This document shows positions 25,942 to 39,359 of a stretch of 64,000 bases of DNA, one piece after another. The notes beneath the pieces were generated by a model. The model worked only from the letters and a program-made list of their open reading frames with translations, did not search any database and was not told where the DNA came from. The position numbers and the translations under genes were made by a program. The stretch covers positions 11,718,001 to 11,782,000 of the forward strand of contig NC_092007.1 in the NCBI RefSeq assembly GCF_044704955.1. The letters run 5' to 3'. The stretch comes from Pristiophorus japonicus. Its lineage: Eukaryota. The first letter of the stretch is position 1. Every line of letters starts with the position of its first letter.

Positions 25942-26100
25942 GACGCTGCACTTTAACAGTACTGAAGCTTTGGCTGATATATCCCAGTACTTTTTTAAGG
26001 CTATGACGGTTTTTGTCTCGGCCACATTTCGGGCAGTGAGTTTCATACCCCAACCACCCTCTGCATGAAGAAACGACTCCTCAAATTCCCTCCAAACCTC

Positions 26101-27154
26101 CTACAACTGAGTTTGCATTGTTTCCCCCTGATTGTCAACCCGTTGAAACGACTTCTTGAGTAAGTCCCTGAAGTCCTGCCACTTGAAGAGGTAGAGAAAG
26201 GGGTTGATGCAGCTGTTGATGCAGGCCAGGCCGCGGCTGAATGGGACGCCCACCATCAGCGCCATGAGCCAGTCTTCGTCATGTGGGTGGAGCAGCAGGG
26301 CGAGGATAGAGCAGATGTTGTAGGGCGCCCAGCACAGGAGGAAGGGCAGGATGATGGTGGCCATGAACCTGAAGGGCTTGCTGCCGCTGGACACCAAGTG
26401 GTCCCGCCTCGGCCGCAGCCCGATGATGGTGCAGCTGGCGGTGATCACCAGGAATGGGAGGAGGAACCCGATGAGGAAGCTGGTGAGAGTCAGTGCTCGG
26501 TACCGGGCATCATGCATGCTCTTCGCCTGCTCCGGCACCGCCCGGTCATCATCCTCTCCATGGCCCGTCGTGTTCAGTGCCACCCCCTTGCCCTCCAGCG
26601 CATACTCGGTAAAGCACCACATGTGGTCACCCCGGGACACCAATTGTCGGAAGACGAACGATGGCGCACTCCCGAATGCAGCTGCCAGCCACATCTCCAG
26701 GCTGAGCAGGGTGGCCAGCCGCGGGCTGCGGTGGTTCTGGGACCAGACGGGCAGCACCACCGAAAAGCAGCGGTCCACGCTGATGGCGGCCAGCATAAAG
26801 ACGTTGGCGTGCAGACAGAGCACCACCGCCCCATAGCTGAGCTTGCAGATCAGCCAGCCGAAGGGCCAGTGGAAGTCAAGGGCGATGTCGGTGATGTAAA
26901 GAGGGAGCAGCAGAGAGACGGTGAAGTCAGCCACGGCAAGGCTCTACAAACAGATAGTGTAGGCCGTTCTCTTCAGCTTGAAGCCAGTGGCCCAGATGAC
27001 CAGCCCGTTGCCCACATGCCCAGGACGCAGGTGTGATGTAGATCACAACAGTGCAGGCGCGCATCGCTCGCTCCGTGCTGCAGTAGACTTCTGTTGCCAG
27101 GACATCGTGTGGAACCTCGCTGGAGTTGGTCGGCTGAAAATCATCGGGCTCCAT
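26101..27154 (-). pseudogene. Chemoattractant receptor-like GPCR pseudogene (C3aR/CMKLR1/FPR group)
   Basis: WPFG..CK, DRC, CWAPY, NSCINPFLY; versus the 57568 paralog it has two 1-nt deletions in TM1 and an in-frame TAG near 26944. Confidence 0.9.
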
Positions 27155-27179
27155 TTCACATGTCGCACCTGAAGACACG

Positions 27180-27680
27180 GAGCGAGAGAGAGAGAGACAG
27201 ATAGCGGAAGAGAGAGAGAGAGGGAGCAAGAAAGAGAGAGCGAGACAGATTGAGAGTGAAAGAAAGACAGAGAGCGTGAAGAGAAAGAGACAGAGAGAGA
27301 GAGTAAGAGATGGAGCGAGAGAGAGTGAATGAGTGAGAAAGAGATAGAGAGAGAGTAAGAGAGAGAGAGAGCGTGAATGAGAGAGAAAGAAAGGGAGAGA
27401 GAGAAAAAGGGAGGGTTTTAGAAGGAGCAAGAGAAAGAGAGGAAGCGTGAGAGAGGGAGAGAAATGGAACGAGAGAGACAGAGAGAGAGAGAGAGGCAAA
27501 GAAAGAGAGAGAGAGCGAGAGAGGGAGCGAGAGAGAGGCACAGAGAGAGAAAGAAAACAACTTAGAGAGAGAGAGGGAGCAAGAGAGAGGGAGTGAGAGA
27601 GAGACACCCAGAGACAGAGAGAGAGAGAGACAGAGAGAGATAGAGACAGAGAGACAGAGAGAGAGAGAGAGAGGGAAGAG
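27180..27680. repeat. (GA)-rich low-complexity tract
   Basis: Imperfect GA repeats directly upstream of the GPCR acceptor on the - strand. Confidence 0.95.
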
Positions 27681-27714
27681 TCCATTAGTGTTGACCCCAG
27701 TACAGAAATCACAG

Positions 27715-28070
27715 AGATTGACACTCAATTTCCACCTCCGTAACTTTGCCCGTCACCGCCTCTGCCTCAGCCCGTCCGTCTCTGAAACCCTAGTCAGTAC
27801 GCTTGTTATATCCAGACATGTCTATTCTATGCCGCTCCTGACTGGCCTCCCGAATTGTCAGCTCATTCAAAACACCCATCTTTTAACTCACACCGAAGCC
27901 CATTCAGCCATCAAGCCCCGCCCCACACCCCGCCCGATTGCTCGCTGACCTACATTGGCTCTCGTTCAGATAACGCCTCGATTTTAAAATTTTCATCTTT
28001 ATTTTCAAATTTCTCCGTGGTCTCCTCGCCCCCTCCCTTGCTTTATCTATAAACTCCTTCAGACCACAGT
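27715..28070 (+). mobile_element. L2 LINE 3' fragment
   Basis: FHLRNFAR..ETLVSTLVISR..LIQN..LHWL..LDFKI. Confidence 0.8.
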
Positions 28071-28340
28071 GCGGCCACTCCCTCAGCACTGGCCCTCAGA
28101 GAGTACGGCGCTTCCTCAGCAATGTCCCTCCCACAGTGTGGATCTGTCTCAGTACTGACCCTCCAACAGGGCGGTGGTCCCTCAGTACTGCCCCTCCGAC
28201 AGTTTAAGCACTCCTGCAGTACTGCCCCTCCGACAGTGCACTGCACCCTCAGTACTGCCCCGCCGACAGTCCAGCTCTCCCTCAGTATTGCCCATCCTAC
28301 AGAGCAGCAATCCTTCAGTAATGCCCCTCCAACAGTGTAG
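28070..28340. repeat. 33-bp minisatellite
   Basis: CAGTACTGCCCCTCCGACAGTGCGGCACTCCCT-type units. Confidence 0.9.
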
Positions 28341-29226
28341 GACTTTTCCTATTGTTTTCAAACACCAAGACACTGGAATTTTCCAATACAATGGACTTTT
28401 TTTAAGCGATTGAAACAACTATAAAATCCTATTTCATCACTACTGAGTACAGGTTCAGAAGTATCAAATTCTCGAGCTTGCCGATTCGAAATTTAACTTT
28501 GCAATATATATGCCCTAAGTTATACTGTTATATACCAGTAAAACAATTCATTCCTTCACAATATCTATGTCTCTAAGCTAACTGGTAACGCACAATCTTT
28601 CTGGCAATAACTGTGCCCAAACTGGCCTACGTATAATCCGGTGGGTGATCCGTCCGACTGGATTACAACTTCCGAGATTTCGGCTGGCCGGCCTCTATCA
28701 ACTACCGACGGTTTACATTTCAATGCTGCAGAAAGTGAGCAAACCTTTGTCCTGCTTCATTTACACTCCACATCCTACTGGCACCTCACGGTATCCTGCT
28801 GTCCAGTCATGTTTGGCTAGAGATAACATATCCCTTTTGTTGATTGGCCATTCTGATGCACGTCAACGCCCCTTCTTGCTGTTTGAATTCAAACTAATGG
28901 ACCCATCCCCAGAGGTTTGATGCATCCTATTTACAGACGGCTTTTTTTTCATCACCCATTGAACTTCAGTCCACTCTTCAGTGTCTCTAATGTACCTACA
29001 TTTTGCACGTTATTCTGAGAAGATGTACAAATTCCAGCGAACAAGTTAGACACCACGTACATAAATATAGCACTTCGAGAAAACGTACATAATCCACACA
29101 ACTCTTTATGCACCACAGTTAGAAAGTATATAGAACACATAATAAAATATGTACAAATACATATTATGGCTCCTTACCATTACGTACTCTACTTCCATCA
29201 CCTGATCAAAGCCCTTCTGCTGTGGC

Positions 29227-29288
29227 TTAAATTTGCATGCCTGACCTGGAAATATCCATTCCATCATTAGCAAACTGATATATGCTAC
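29227..29288 (-). pseudogene. Orphan LIM2-like terminal exon, copy 2: (G)SIYQFANDGMDISRSGMQI*
   Basis: Same acceptor, phase and stop as copy 1; 28950-29226 matches 17165-17439. Confidence 0.55.
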
Positions 29289-29289
29289 C

Positions 29290-29487
29290 TGCACGGGTTC
29301 GAGGCAGAGTCAAGCTCCCGCTGCACTGTCCCCATCAAACACTCCCAGGGCTGGTACAACATGGGTTTAGATACAGAGTAAAGCTCCCTCTACACTGTCC
29401 AATCAAACACTCCCAGGCAGGTACAGCACGGGGTTAGATGCAGGTAAAGCTCCTTCGACACTGTCCCACAAAAAAAACCCAGGGCAG
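29290..29487. repeat. 68-bp minisatellite, about 3 units
   Basis: Same unit as 17503-17838. Confidence 0.9.
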
Positions 29488-29488
29488 A

Positions 29489-32400
29489 TGTTGTGTATCT
29501 GTAAAGCATGCACTCCCATGTTCCGCCACCAGGGAGCTCATCCCCTGAAGTCCCAAGGGATCCTAGCATCTCTTGGGAGCACTGTATATAAGCTGGTCGC
29601 TAAGACCTGTTCCTCACTCTGGAGTGTCTTATTACAGACTAAGTTCACTGTTACTATAACCTCCCTGTGTGCAGCCTCATCTGTGTTAGGAACACAATAA
29701 TTGCTGACGAGAATACGAAATGCAAAGATGAAGCAAACTGTGGGCATCCTGGAGAAGTTCTCAGAGGGTGAGGACTGGGAAGCCTATGTCAAATGGCTTG
29801 ACCAGTACTTTGTAGCCAATGAGCTAGATGGAGAAGGAAGCTCTGCAAAAAGTAGAGCGGTCCTCCTCATAGTCTGCGGGGCACCAACCTACAGCCTCAT
29901 GAAGAATCTTCTGGCTCTGGTGAAACCCACAGATAAGTCGTATGAAGAGCTGTGTACACTGGTTCAGGAGCATCTTAAACCGAGTGAGAGCGTGCTGATG
30001 GCAAGGTATCGGTTCTACACGTGCCAGTGATCTGAAGGTGAGGAAGTGGTGAGCTATGTCACCTAGCTAAGGCAACTTGCAGGACAATGTGAGTTTGATG
30101 GCTACCTGGAGCTAATGCTGAGAATTTTTGTACTGGGCATTGGCCACGAGACCATACTACGAAAACTTTTGAATGTAGAGACAGCGACCCTCAGGAAGGG
30201 CATTGCGATATCACAGGCGTTTATGTCCACCAGTGATAACACGAAACAATACTCTCAGCACACAAGTGCTCGCAATGTTCATAAATTAACTGGAATTGTG
30301 TTTGCGAGCAGAACTGTACAGTGCAGAATCCATGAGTCTACAACTGCCAGTCGGCCTCAGGTGACCCAGATGACTCAGAGTCCCCAACAAAGGATGAATG
30401 CACCTTGTTAGCGTTGTGAAGGCTTCCATTCAGCCTGTTCATGACGCTTCAAAGGGTATGTTTGCAAGAGCTGTGGAACAATGGGGCAACTCCAACGAGC
30501 TTGCAAATGAGCTGCAAGCTCTGCAAAACCGGCTAACCACCACGTGGCAGAGGAATATCAGTCCATGGTGGATCAAAGCAATTTTGATCCTCAGAGAGAG
30601 GAGACAGATGCTGAAGTACACGGGTTGCACACATTTTCGACGAAATGTCCACCTATAATGCTGAATGTAAAATTGAATCAGGGGAAGTCATAACGGGGAA
30701 AAAAGAAATGGCAGACCAATTGAACAAGTACTTTGGTTCGGTATTCACTAAGGAGGACACAAACAACCTTCCGGATATAAAAGGGGTCAGAGGGTCTAGT
30801 AAGGAGGAGGAACTGAGGGAAATCCTTATTAGTCGGGAAATTGTGTTGGGGAAATTTATGGCATTGAAGGCCGATAAATCTCCAGGGCCTGATGGACTGC
30901 ATCCCAGAGTACTTAAGGAGACGGCGTTGGAAAAAGCGGATGCATTGACAGTCATTTTCCAACATTCCATTGATTCTGGATAAGTTCCTATGGAGTGGAG
31001 GGTAGCCAATGTGACCCCACTTTTAAAAAAAGGAGGGAGAGAGAAAACAGGGAATTATAGACCGGTCAGCCTGACATCAGTAGTGGATAAAATGATGAAA
31101 TCAATTATTAAGGATGTCATTGCACCGCATTTGGAAAGAGGTGACATGATGGGTCCAAGTCAGCATGGATTTGTGAAAGGGAAATCATGCTTGACAAATC
31201 TTTTGGAATTTTCTAAGGATGCTTGCAGTAGAGTGGACAAGGGAGAACCAGTTGATGTGGTATATTTGGACTTCCAGAAGGCTTTCGACAAGGTCCCACA
31301 CAAGAGATGAATGTGCAAAGTTAAAGCACATGGGATTGGGGGTGGTGTGCTGACATGGATTGAGAACTGGTTGTCAGATAGGAAGCAAAGAGTAGGAGTA
31401 AATGGGTACTTTTCATAATGGCAGGCAGTGACTAGTCGGGTACCGGAAGGTTCTGTGCTGGGGCCTCAGCTGTTTACACTGTACATTAATGATTTAGACG
31501 AATGGATTAAATGTAGTATCTCCAAATTTGCGGATGACACTAAGTTGGGTGGCAGTGTGAGCTGCGAGCAGGATGCTATGAGGCTGCAGATTGATTTGGA
31601 TAGGTTCGGTGAGTGGGCAAATGCATGGCAGATGAAGTACAATGTGGATAAAGGTGAGGTCATCCACTGTGGTGGTAAAAACAGAGAGACAGACTATTAT
31701 CTGAATGGTGACAGATTAGGAAAAGGAGAGGTGCAACGAGACCTGGGTGTCATGGTACATCAGTCATTGAAGATTGTCATGCAGGTACAGCAGGTGGTTA
31801 AGAAATCAAATGGCATGTTGGCCTTCATAGCTAGGGGATTTGAGTATAGGGGCAGGGAGGTTTTCCTACAGTTGTACAGGCCCTTGGTGAGGCCACATCT
31901 GGAGTATTGTGTACAGTTTTGGTCTCCTAACTTGAGGAAGGACATTCTTGCTATTGAGGGAGAGCAGCCAAGGTTCACCAGACTATTCCGGGGATGGCGG
32001 GACTGACCTACCAATTGGGCTTGTATTCACGAGAGTTCAGAAGAATGAGAACCATAGAAACGTTTAAAATTCTGACGGGTTTAGACAGGTTGGATGCAGG
32101 AAGAATGTTCCGAATGTTGGGGAAGTTCAGAACCAGGGGTCACAGTCTAAGGATTGGGGGTAAGCCATTTAGGACCGAGATGGGGAGAAACCTTTTCACC
32201 CAGAGAGTGGTGAACCTGTGGAATTCTCTACCACAGAAAGTAGTTGAGGCCAATTCACTAAATATTTTCAAAAGAGAGTTAGATGAGGTCCTTACTACTG
32301 GGGGGAATCAAGGGGTATGGCGAGAAAGCAGGAAGGGGGTATTCAATTTGCATGTACAGCCATGAACTCATTGAATGGCGGTGCAGGCTAGAAGGTCCGA

Positions 32401-35400
32401 ATGGCCTACTCCTGCACCTATTTTCTATGTTTCTATGTTTCTACCCGTAGCCATGGAACTGGACACTGGCGCTAGCCAATCCATCATGCGTAAAAAGATG
32501 TTTGAGAGACTGTGCTGAAACAAGCCATTCACACCAGCCCTGAGACCCATCCACACGAAATTGAGAACGTACACCAAAGAGCTTATCACTGTCCTGGGCA
32601 GCGCCATGGTCAAGGTCACCCACAAGGGCACGATGCATGAACTTCCACTCTGGATTATCCCTGGAAATGGCCCTACACTGCTTGGAAGGAGCTGGCTGGG
32701 CAAAATCCGCTGGAACTGGGATGACATCTGAGCGCTAGCACATGTCGATGAGGCCTCATGTACCCAGGTTCTTAACCAATTTTCTTCCATTTTTGAGCCA
32801 GGCATTGGAAACTTTTCTGGGGCGAAGGTGTGGATCCACTTGGTCCCAGAGGCATGCCCCATTCACCACAAGGCGCGAGCGGTACCTCACATGATGAGGA
32901 AGAGAGTGGAAATTTAGCTGGACAGGCTGCAACGCGAGGGCTTCATCTCCCCAGTGGAATTCAGTGAGTGGGCCAGCCCGATTGTTCCAGTGCTCAAAAG
33001 TGATGGCATGGTCAGGATTTGTGGCGATTATATAGTAACTATTAATCGTTTCTTGCTACAGGACCAATAACCGCTATCTAACGCAGACATCCCATTTGCG
33101 ACACTGGCAAGAGGCAAGACGTTCACCAAGCTCGACCTGACTTCAGCCTACATGACGCAGGATCTGGAGGAGTCTTCGAAGAGCCTCACCTGCATCAACA
33201 CGCACAAGGGACTGTTCATCTACAACAGATGCCCGTTTGGAATTCGGTTGGCTGCAGCAATATTCCAGAGAAACATGGAGAGCCTACTCAAGTCATACCA
33301 CGCATGATGGTTTTTCAGGTCGACATATTGGTCACGGGTCGGGACAGCGCCGATCACCTACAAAACCTGGAGGAGGTCCTCCGGCGACTGGATCGTGCAG
33401 GGCTGCGGCTGAAGAGGTCGAAATGCGTCTTCATGGCAACAGAAGTGGAGTTTTTGGGGAGAAAGATTGCGGCGGACGGCATTCGGCCCACAGGCGCCAA
33501 GGCAGAGGCTATCAGGAATGCGCCCAAGCCACAGGAAATCACGGAGCTGCGTTTGTTCCTGGAACTCCTCAACTATTTTGCTAACTTCCTACCGGGGAAA
33601 AGCATCCTCTTCGTTTCCTCACATGTGTTATTGCGCAAATTTGAGAACTGGATATGGTGAAAAAAACAAGTAATTGCTTTTGAGAAAGCCAGAAACATTT
33701 TATGCTCCTACAAGCTGCTTGTATTGTATAACCCGTGTAAAAGACTTGTGGTAGCATGTGACACGTCATCGTACGGAATCTGGTGGGTATTTCAACAAGC
33801 TAACATTGTGGGGAAGTTGCCACCTGACGCCTATGCTTCTGGGAGCTTTTCTAAGGCTGAGAGGGCCGACAGCATGATTGAGAAATAGGCTTTAGCATGT
33901 GTGTTCTGTGTAAAGTAAATGCATCAGTACCTGTTTGACCTCCAATTTGAGCTGGAAACCGATCACAAGCCCCTCACGTCCCTGTTCGCTGAAAACAAGG
34001 GGATAAATACTAATGCCTCAGCCCGCATACAAAGGTGGGCACTCGCGCTATCAGCGTATAACTATACCATCCGCCACAGGCCAAGCACCGAGAACTGTGC
34101 GGATGCTCTCAGTCGGCTACCATTGCCCACCATGGGGGTGGAAATGACGCAGCCTGCAAACTGATGAATCACCTGTCGCGGCCCGCCAGATTAGGACTTG
34201 GACCAGCCAAGATCTTCTGCTGTCCCTATTAAAAAACTGTTTGCTGCATGGGAGCTCGGTCAGCATCCCCGCTGAAATGCAAGAGCCAATCAAGCTGTTC
34301 TAGCGGCGAAAGAATGAGCTGTCCATTCAGGGAGACTGCCTGTTATGGGGTAACCGCGTCGTGCTACCAAAAACGGGCAGGGAGACCTTCATCTCGGATC
34401 TCCACAGCACACACCCGGGTATAGTAATGATGAAAGCGATAGCCAGATCCCACCTGTGGTGGCCCGGTATCGACTCTGACTTAGAGTCCTGTGTACAGCA
34501 ATGCAGCATATGTGCTAAGTTGAACAATGCGCCCTGAGAGGCACCACTAAGTTTGGCCCTCCTGACCATGATCGAGGATTCATGTCGACTATGCGGGCCC
34601 GTTACTCGGTAAAATGTTCCTGGTGGGTGGTGGATGCTTTTTCAAAATGGATTGAATGTGAAATAATGTCGGGAAGCACCACCGCCGCCACCATTGAAAG
34701 CCCGCGGGCTATGTTTGCCACCCACGGCCTGCCTGACATACTGGTCAATGACAACGGGCCACGTTTCACCAGTGCCGAATTTAAAGCATTCATCACCTGC
34801 AATGTGATCAAACATGTCACCACGGCCCCGTTTAAACCAGCCTTCAATGGGCAGGCAGAACGGGCAGTACAAGCCATCAAACAGAGCCTTAAACAAGTCA
34901 CAGAAGACACACTCCAAACACGCCTGTCTCGAGTACTGCTCAGCTACCGCACAAGACCCCACTCGCTCACAGGGGTGCCCCTGGACGAGCTACTCATGGA
35001 AAGGACACTTAAAACCAGACTCTCGCTGGTTCACCCCAACCTGCATGATCAGATAGAGAGCAGGCGGCAGCAACAACATGTAAACGATGGTCGCGTTACT
35101 GTGTCACGGGAAATTGATCTGAATGACCCTGTGCATGTGCTAAACTATGGACATGGTTCCAAGTGGACCCCAGGCACGGTGATAGCTAAAGAAGGGAATA
35201 GGGTATTTGTAGTCAAACTCGACAATGGACAAATTTGCAGAAAGCACTTGGACCAAACGAGGCTGCGGTTCACAGAATGCCCTGAACAGCACACAGCAGG
35301 CACCAGCTTTTTCGAGCCCATAACAGACACCCAAAGGATCAACGACACCACCCCGGACCAGGGAATCGAACCTATCACGCCCAACAGCCCAGCCCGCCAG

Positions 35401-35778
35401 GCTCTCCCAGCAGCCCCGCAGGGCCAACAACACGCCAGCCCAACGAGGGCACAGCCAACACACCAGAACAGACATTTGTACCGAGGCGGTCCACGAGGGA
35501 AAGAAAGGCTCCCGACCGCCTCACCTTGTAAACAGTTTTCACTTTGACTTTGGGGGTGCAGTGATGTTGTGTATCTGTAAAGCATGCACTCCCATGTTCC
35601 GCCAGCAGGGAGCACATCCCCTGAAGTCCCAAGGGATCCCAGCATCCCTTGGGAGCACTGTATATAGGGAGCCGGTCCCTAAGGCCTGTTCCTCACTCTG
35701 GATTGTCTTATTAAAGACTGAGGTCACTGTTACTTTAACCTCCCTGTGAGCAGCCTCATCTGTGTTCGGAATACAATA
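29489..35778 (+). mobile_element. Full-length decayed Ty3/Gypsy retrotransposon (LTRs 29489-29699 and 35565-35778)
   Basis: Direct-repeat LTRs; degenerate TGGCGACGAG-like PBS at 29701; gag EDWEAY..; protease LDTGA; RT WASPIVPV; RNase H TDHKPL; integrase VDAFSKW..DNGP..NGQAER. Confidence 0.97.
30675..32443 (+). mobile_element. 5'-truncated CR1 inserted in the Gypsy protease
   Basis: SPGPDGLHPRVLKE to (TTTCTATG)n; the Gypsy frame MLNVKLN | PVAMELDTGA is split by it. Confidence 0.97.
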
Positions 35779-35789
35779 GCGGGAATTGA

Positions 35790-36400
35790 TATCCCGCTCC
35801 CCATAACCTTTTATTTCCTTATCGTTTAAGGAACTGTCTATCTCTGTCTTAAATATATTCAATGCCACAGCTTGCACATCTCTCTGAGGCAGCGAATTCC
35901 ACAGATTTAGAAGCCTCTGAGAGAAGAAATTTTTCCTCGTCTGTTTAAAATGGTCGACCCCTTATTCTAAGGTCATGCCCCCGAGTTCTCGTCTCCCCCA
36001 TCAGTGGAAACATCCTCTCTGTCTTCACCATGTCAAGCCGCCTCATAATCTTATCCGTTTCGATAAGATCACCTCTCATTTTTCTGAATTCCAATGAGTA
36101 GAGGCCCAACCTACTCAAACTTTCCTCATAAGTTAACCTCACCTCCCCCCAACCCTCCCGACCACCTCCTCCCTGCCCCCGCCCATCTCCCGAATCAACC
36201 TCGTGGAACATCTCTGAACTACCTCCATAGCAAGTATATCCGTTCGTAAACATGGAAACCAAATCTGCACGCAGTACTCCAGGACTTACCAATACCAATA
36301 AATGTAGCAAGATATGCCTGCTTTTATACTCCATCCCGTTTGTAATAAAAGCCAATATTTCATTGGCCTTCCTAATCACTTACTGTACCTGCAAACTAAA
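35790..36400 (-). mobile_element. CR1 3' fragment
   Basis: ORF 35945-36379 LGLYSLEFRKMRGDLIE..RTRGH. Confidence 0.9.
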
Positions 36401-36489
36401 CACCAGCATGGACTGATTGAACCGAATGGCCTGTTTCTGTGTCGTATATCCTATGTGGATGTAGATGTGTGTAGTTGAAGTGTGATCTC

Positions 36490-37165
36490 AAGCCAGGTAC
36501 CAAACTCATGGTCTACAGGGCTGTAGTGATACCTGCCCTCCTATATGCTTGAGACACATGGACTATGTACAGTCGACACCTCAAATTACTGGCGAAGTAC
36601 CACCAACGCTGCTTCCACAATATGCTGCAAATCCCCTGGGAGGATAGGCGCACCGACAACAGCGTTCTCTCTCAGGACAATCTCCCCAGTATTGAGGCGC
36701 TGACCACACTCGATCAGTTCCACTGGGTGGGCCACATTCTCCGCTAGACTCCTAAAACAGGCACTCTACTCCGAGCTACGTCACGGCAAGCGAGCCCCAG
36801 GAGGGCAGAGGAAATGCTTCAACGACACCCTCAAAGCCTCCTTGAATAAATGTAATATCACCACCGACACTTGGGTATCCCTGGCCCAAGTCCGCTCAAA
36901 GTTGAGGAGGAGCATCTGGAAAGACACCGAACACCTCGAGTCTCTTCCCCGGGAGCACGCGGAAGCCAAACGCAAACAGCAGAAGGAGTGCACGACAAAT
37001 CAAGGACACCACCCAACCGTCCCTCCAACCACTGTCTGCTCCAGACACCGCCTGTGACAGAGACTGTGGGCCCGGCATTGGGCTCGTCAGTCACCTGCGA
37101 ACTTGTGTTCATGTGGCAACAAGTCACCCTCGAATCTGACGCATTGCCTAAGATGAAGAAGAGAT
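36490..37165 (+). mobile_element. RTE-clade LINE 3' fragment (paralog of 21475-22110)
   Basis: MYSRHLKLLAKYHQRC..IPWEDRRT; same downstream flank as the 21475 copy. Confidence 0.88.
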
Positions 37166-37189
37166 GTATGTAATACATCTAGTCATTGT

Positions 37190-39310
37190 AGTGTTCGCCT
37201 TTATTGTAAAGGAGATAGAGTACAAAAGCCTAGAAGTCCTGCTACAACTGTACAGGGTATTGGTGAGGCCACACCTGGAATAATGCGTACAGATTTAGTA
37301 TTCTTATTTAAGGAAGGATATACTTGCACTGGAGGCAGTTCAGTGAAGATTCATGACGTTGATTCCTCAAATAAAGTGATTGTCTTACGAAGAAAATTTG
37401 AGGAGGTTTGGCATGTATTGGTGTTTTGAAGAATAAAAGTTGATCATATTGAAACGTATAAGATTGTGAGGGGGCTTGACAGGGTAGATGCAGAGAGGAT
37501 GTTTCCCCTTGTGGGTGAATCTAGAACAAGGGGGCATAGTTTCAGAATAAGGGGTCGCCCATTTAAAACGGAGATGAAGAAGAATTTCATTTCTCAGAGG
37601 TTTGTGAATCTATATAATTTTCCATCTGGATCAGTTCCGATGGACCGGAGTATAGCTATGTAACCCCACTTTTTAAGAAAGGAGGGAGAGAGAAATCGAG
37701 TAATTATAGACAGATTAGCCAGACATCAGTAGTGGGGAAAATGTTGGAATCAAATCTTAAAGATGAAATAGCAGCGCTTTTGGAAAGCAGTGATGGGATC
37801 AGATAAAGTCAGCATGGATTTATGAAAGGGAAATCATGCTTGGCAAATCTTCTGGAATTTTTTGAGGAGGTAACTACTAGAGTGGACAAGGGAGAACCAG
37901 TGGATGTGGTGTATTTGGACTTTCAAAAGGCTTTTGATAAGGTTCCACACAATAGATTGCTGTGCAAAATTAAAGCGCATGGTATTAGTGGTAATGTACT
38001 GACGTGGACAGAGAACTGGTTGGCAGACAGGAAGCAGAGAGTCGGGATAAACGGGTGCTTTTCAGAATGGCAGGCAGTGACTAGCGGGGTGCCACAGGGC
38101 TCATTGCTGGGAACCAAGCTATTTACAATATACATTAATGATTTAGATGAAGGAATTGAGTGTAATATCTCCAAGTTTGGAGGTGGCACTAAGCTGGGTG
38201 GCGGTGTGAGCTGTGAGGAGGACGGTAAACGGCTGCAGGTTGACTTGGACAGGTTATATAAGTGGGCAAACGCATGGCAGGTGCAGTATAATGTGGAGGA
38301 ATGTGAGGTTATCCATTTTGGTGGCAAAAACACGAAGGCAGACTATTATCTGAATAGAGACCGATTAGTAAAAGGGGAGGTGCAACGAGACCTGGGTGTC
38401 ATGGTACATCAGTCATTGATGGTTGGCAGGTGGTGAAGAAGGCAAATGGCATGTTGGCCTTCATAGCTACGGGATTTGAGTATACGAGCAGGGAGGTCTT
38501 ACTGCAGTTGTACAGGGCCTTGGTGAGGCCATACCTTGAATATTGTATACAGTTTTGATCTCCTAATCTGAGGAAGGATGTTCGTGCTTTTGAGCGAATG
38601 CAGCGAAGGTTCACTAGACTGATTCCAGGGATGGCAGGACTGACATATGAAGAGAGATTGGATCGACTGGGCCTGTATTCACTGGAGATTAGAAGGATGA
38701 GAGGGAATCTCATAGAAACATATAAAATTCTGACGGGACTGGACAGGTTAGATGCAGGAAGACTGTTTCCGATGTTGGGGACGTCCAGAGCAGGAGACAT
38801 GGTCTAAGGATAAGAGGTAAGCCATTTCGGACTGAGATGAGGAGAAACCTCTTCACTCAGAGAGTTGTAAACCTGTGGAATTCTCTGCCGCAGAGAGTTG
38901 TTTATGCCAAGTCACTGGATATATTCAAGAGGGAGTTAGATGTGGCCCTTATGGCTAAAGGGATCATGGGGTATGGAGAGAAAGCAGGAAAGGGGTACTG
39001 AGGTGAACGACCAGCCATGATATTATTGAATGGTGATGCAGGCTCGAAGGGCCGAATGGCCTAATCCTGCACCTATTTTCTATGTTTCGATCTATGTTAA
39101 TATATTACCCCAGAGGGCTGTCGAGGCTGGGTCAGTGAATATATTTATGGTGGAGATAAACAGATTCTTGAATGATAGGGGAGTCAAGGGTTATGGGGAG
39201 TGAGCAGGGAAGTGGAGATGAGGCCAAAATCAGATCAGCCATGATCTTATTGAATGGCGGAGCAGGCTCGAGGGGCCAAATGGCCGACACCTGTTCCTAT
39301 TAGGTTCTTA
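37190..39310 (+). mobile_element. Old CR1 3' fragment with a younger CR1 (about 37625-39095) nested in it
   Basis: Host matches 22140-22780 on both sides; insert carries RT ORF 37822-38436 and its own tail. Confidence 0.88.
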
Positions 39311-39359
39311 TATGTGCTGTGTTTCGGTGCCTCTGTCTGTGTTAGTATGTGTGTTTCTG

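Noticed and set aside
26927-27728. Ser/Leu-rich ORFs (also 41121-42461, 58506-59447)
   Set aside because: Translations of GA/CT low-complexity tracts, some through N gaps.
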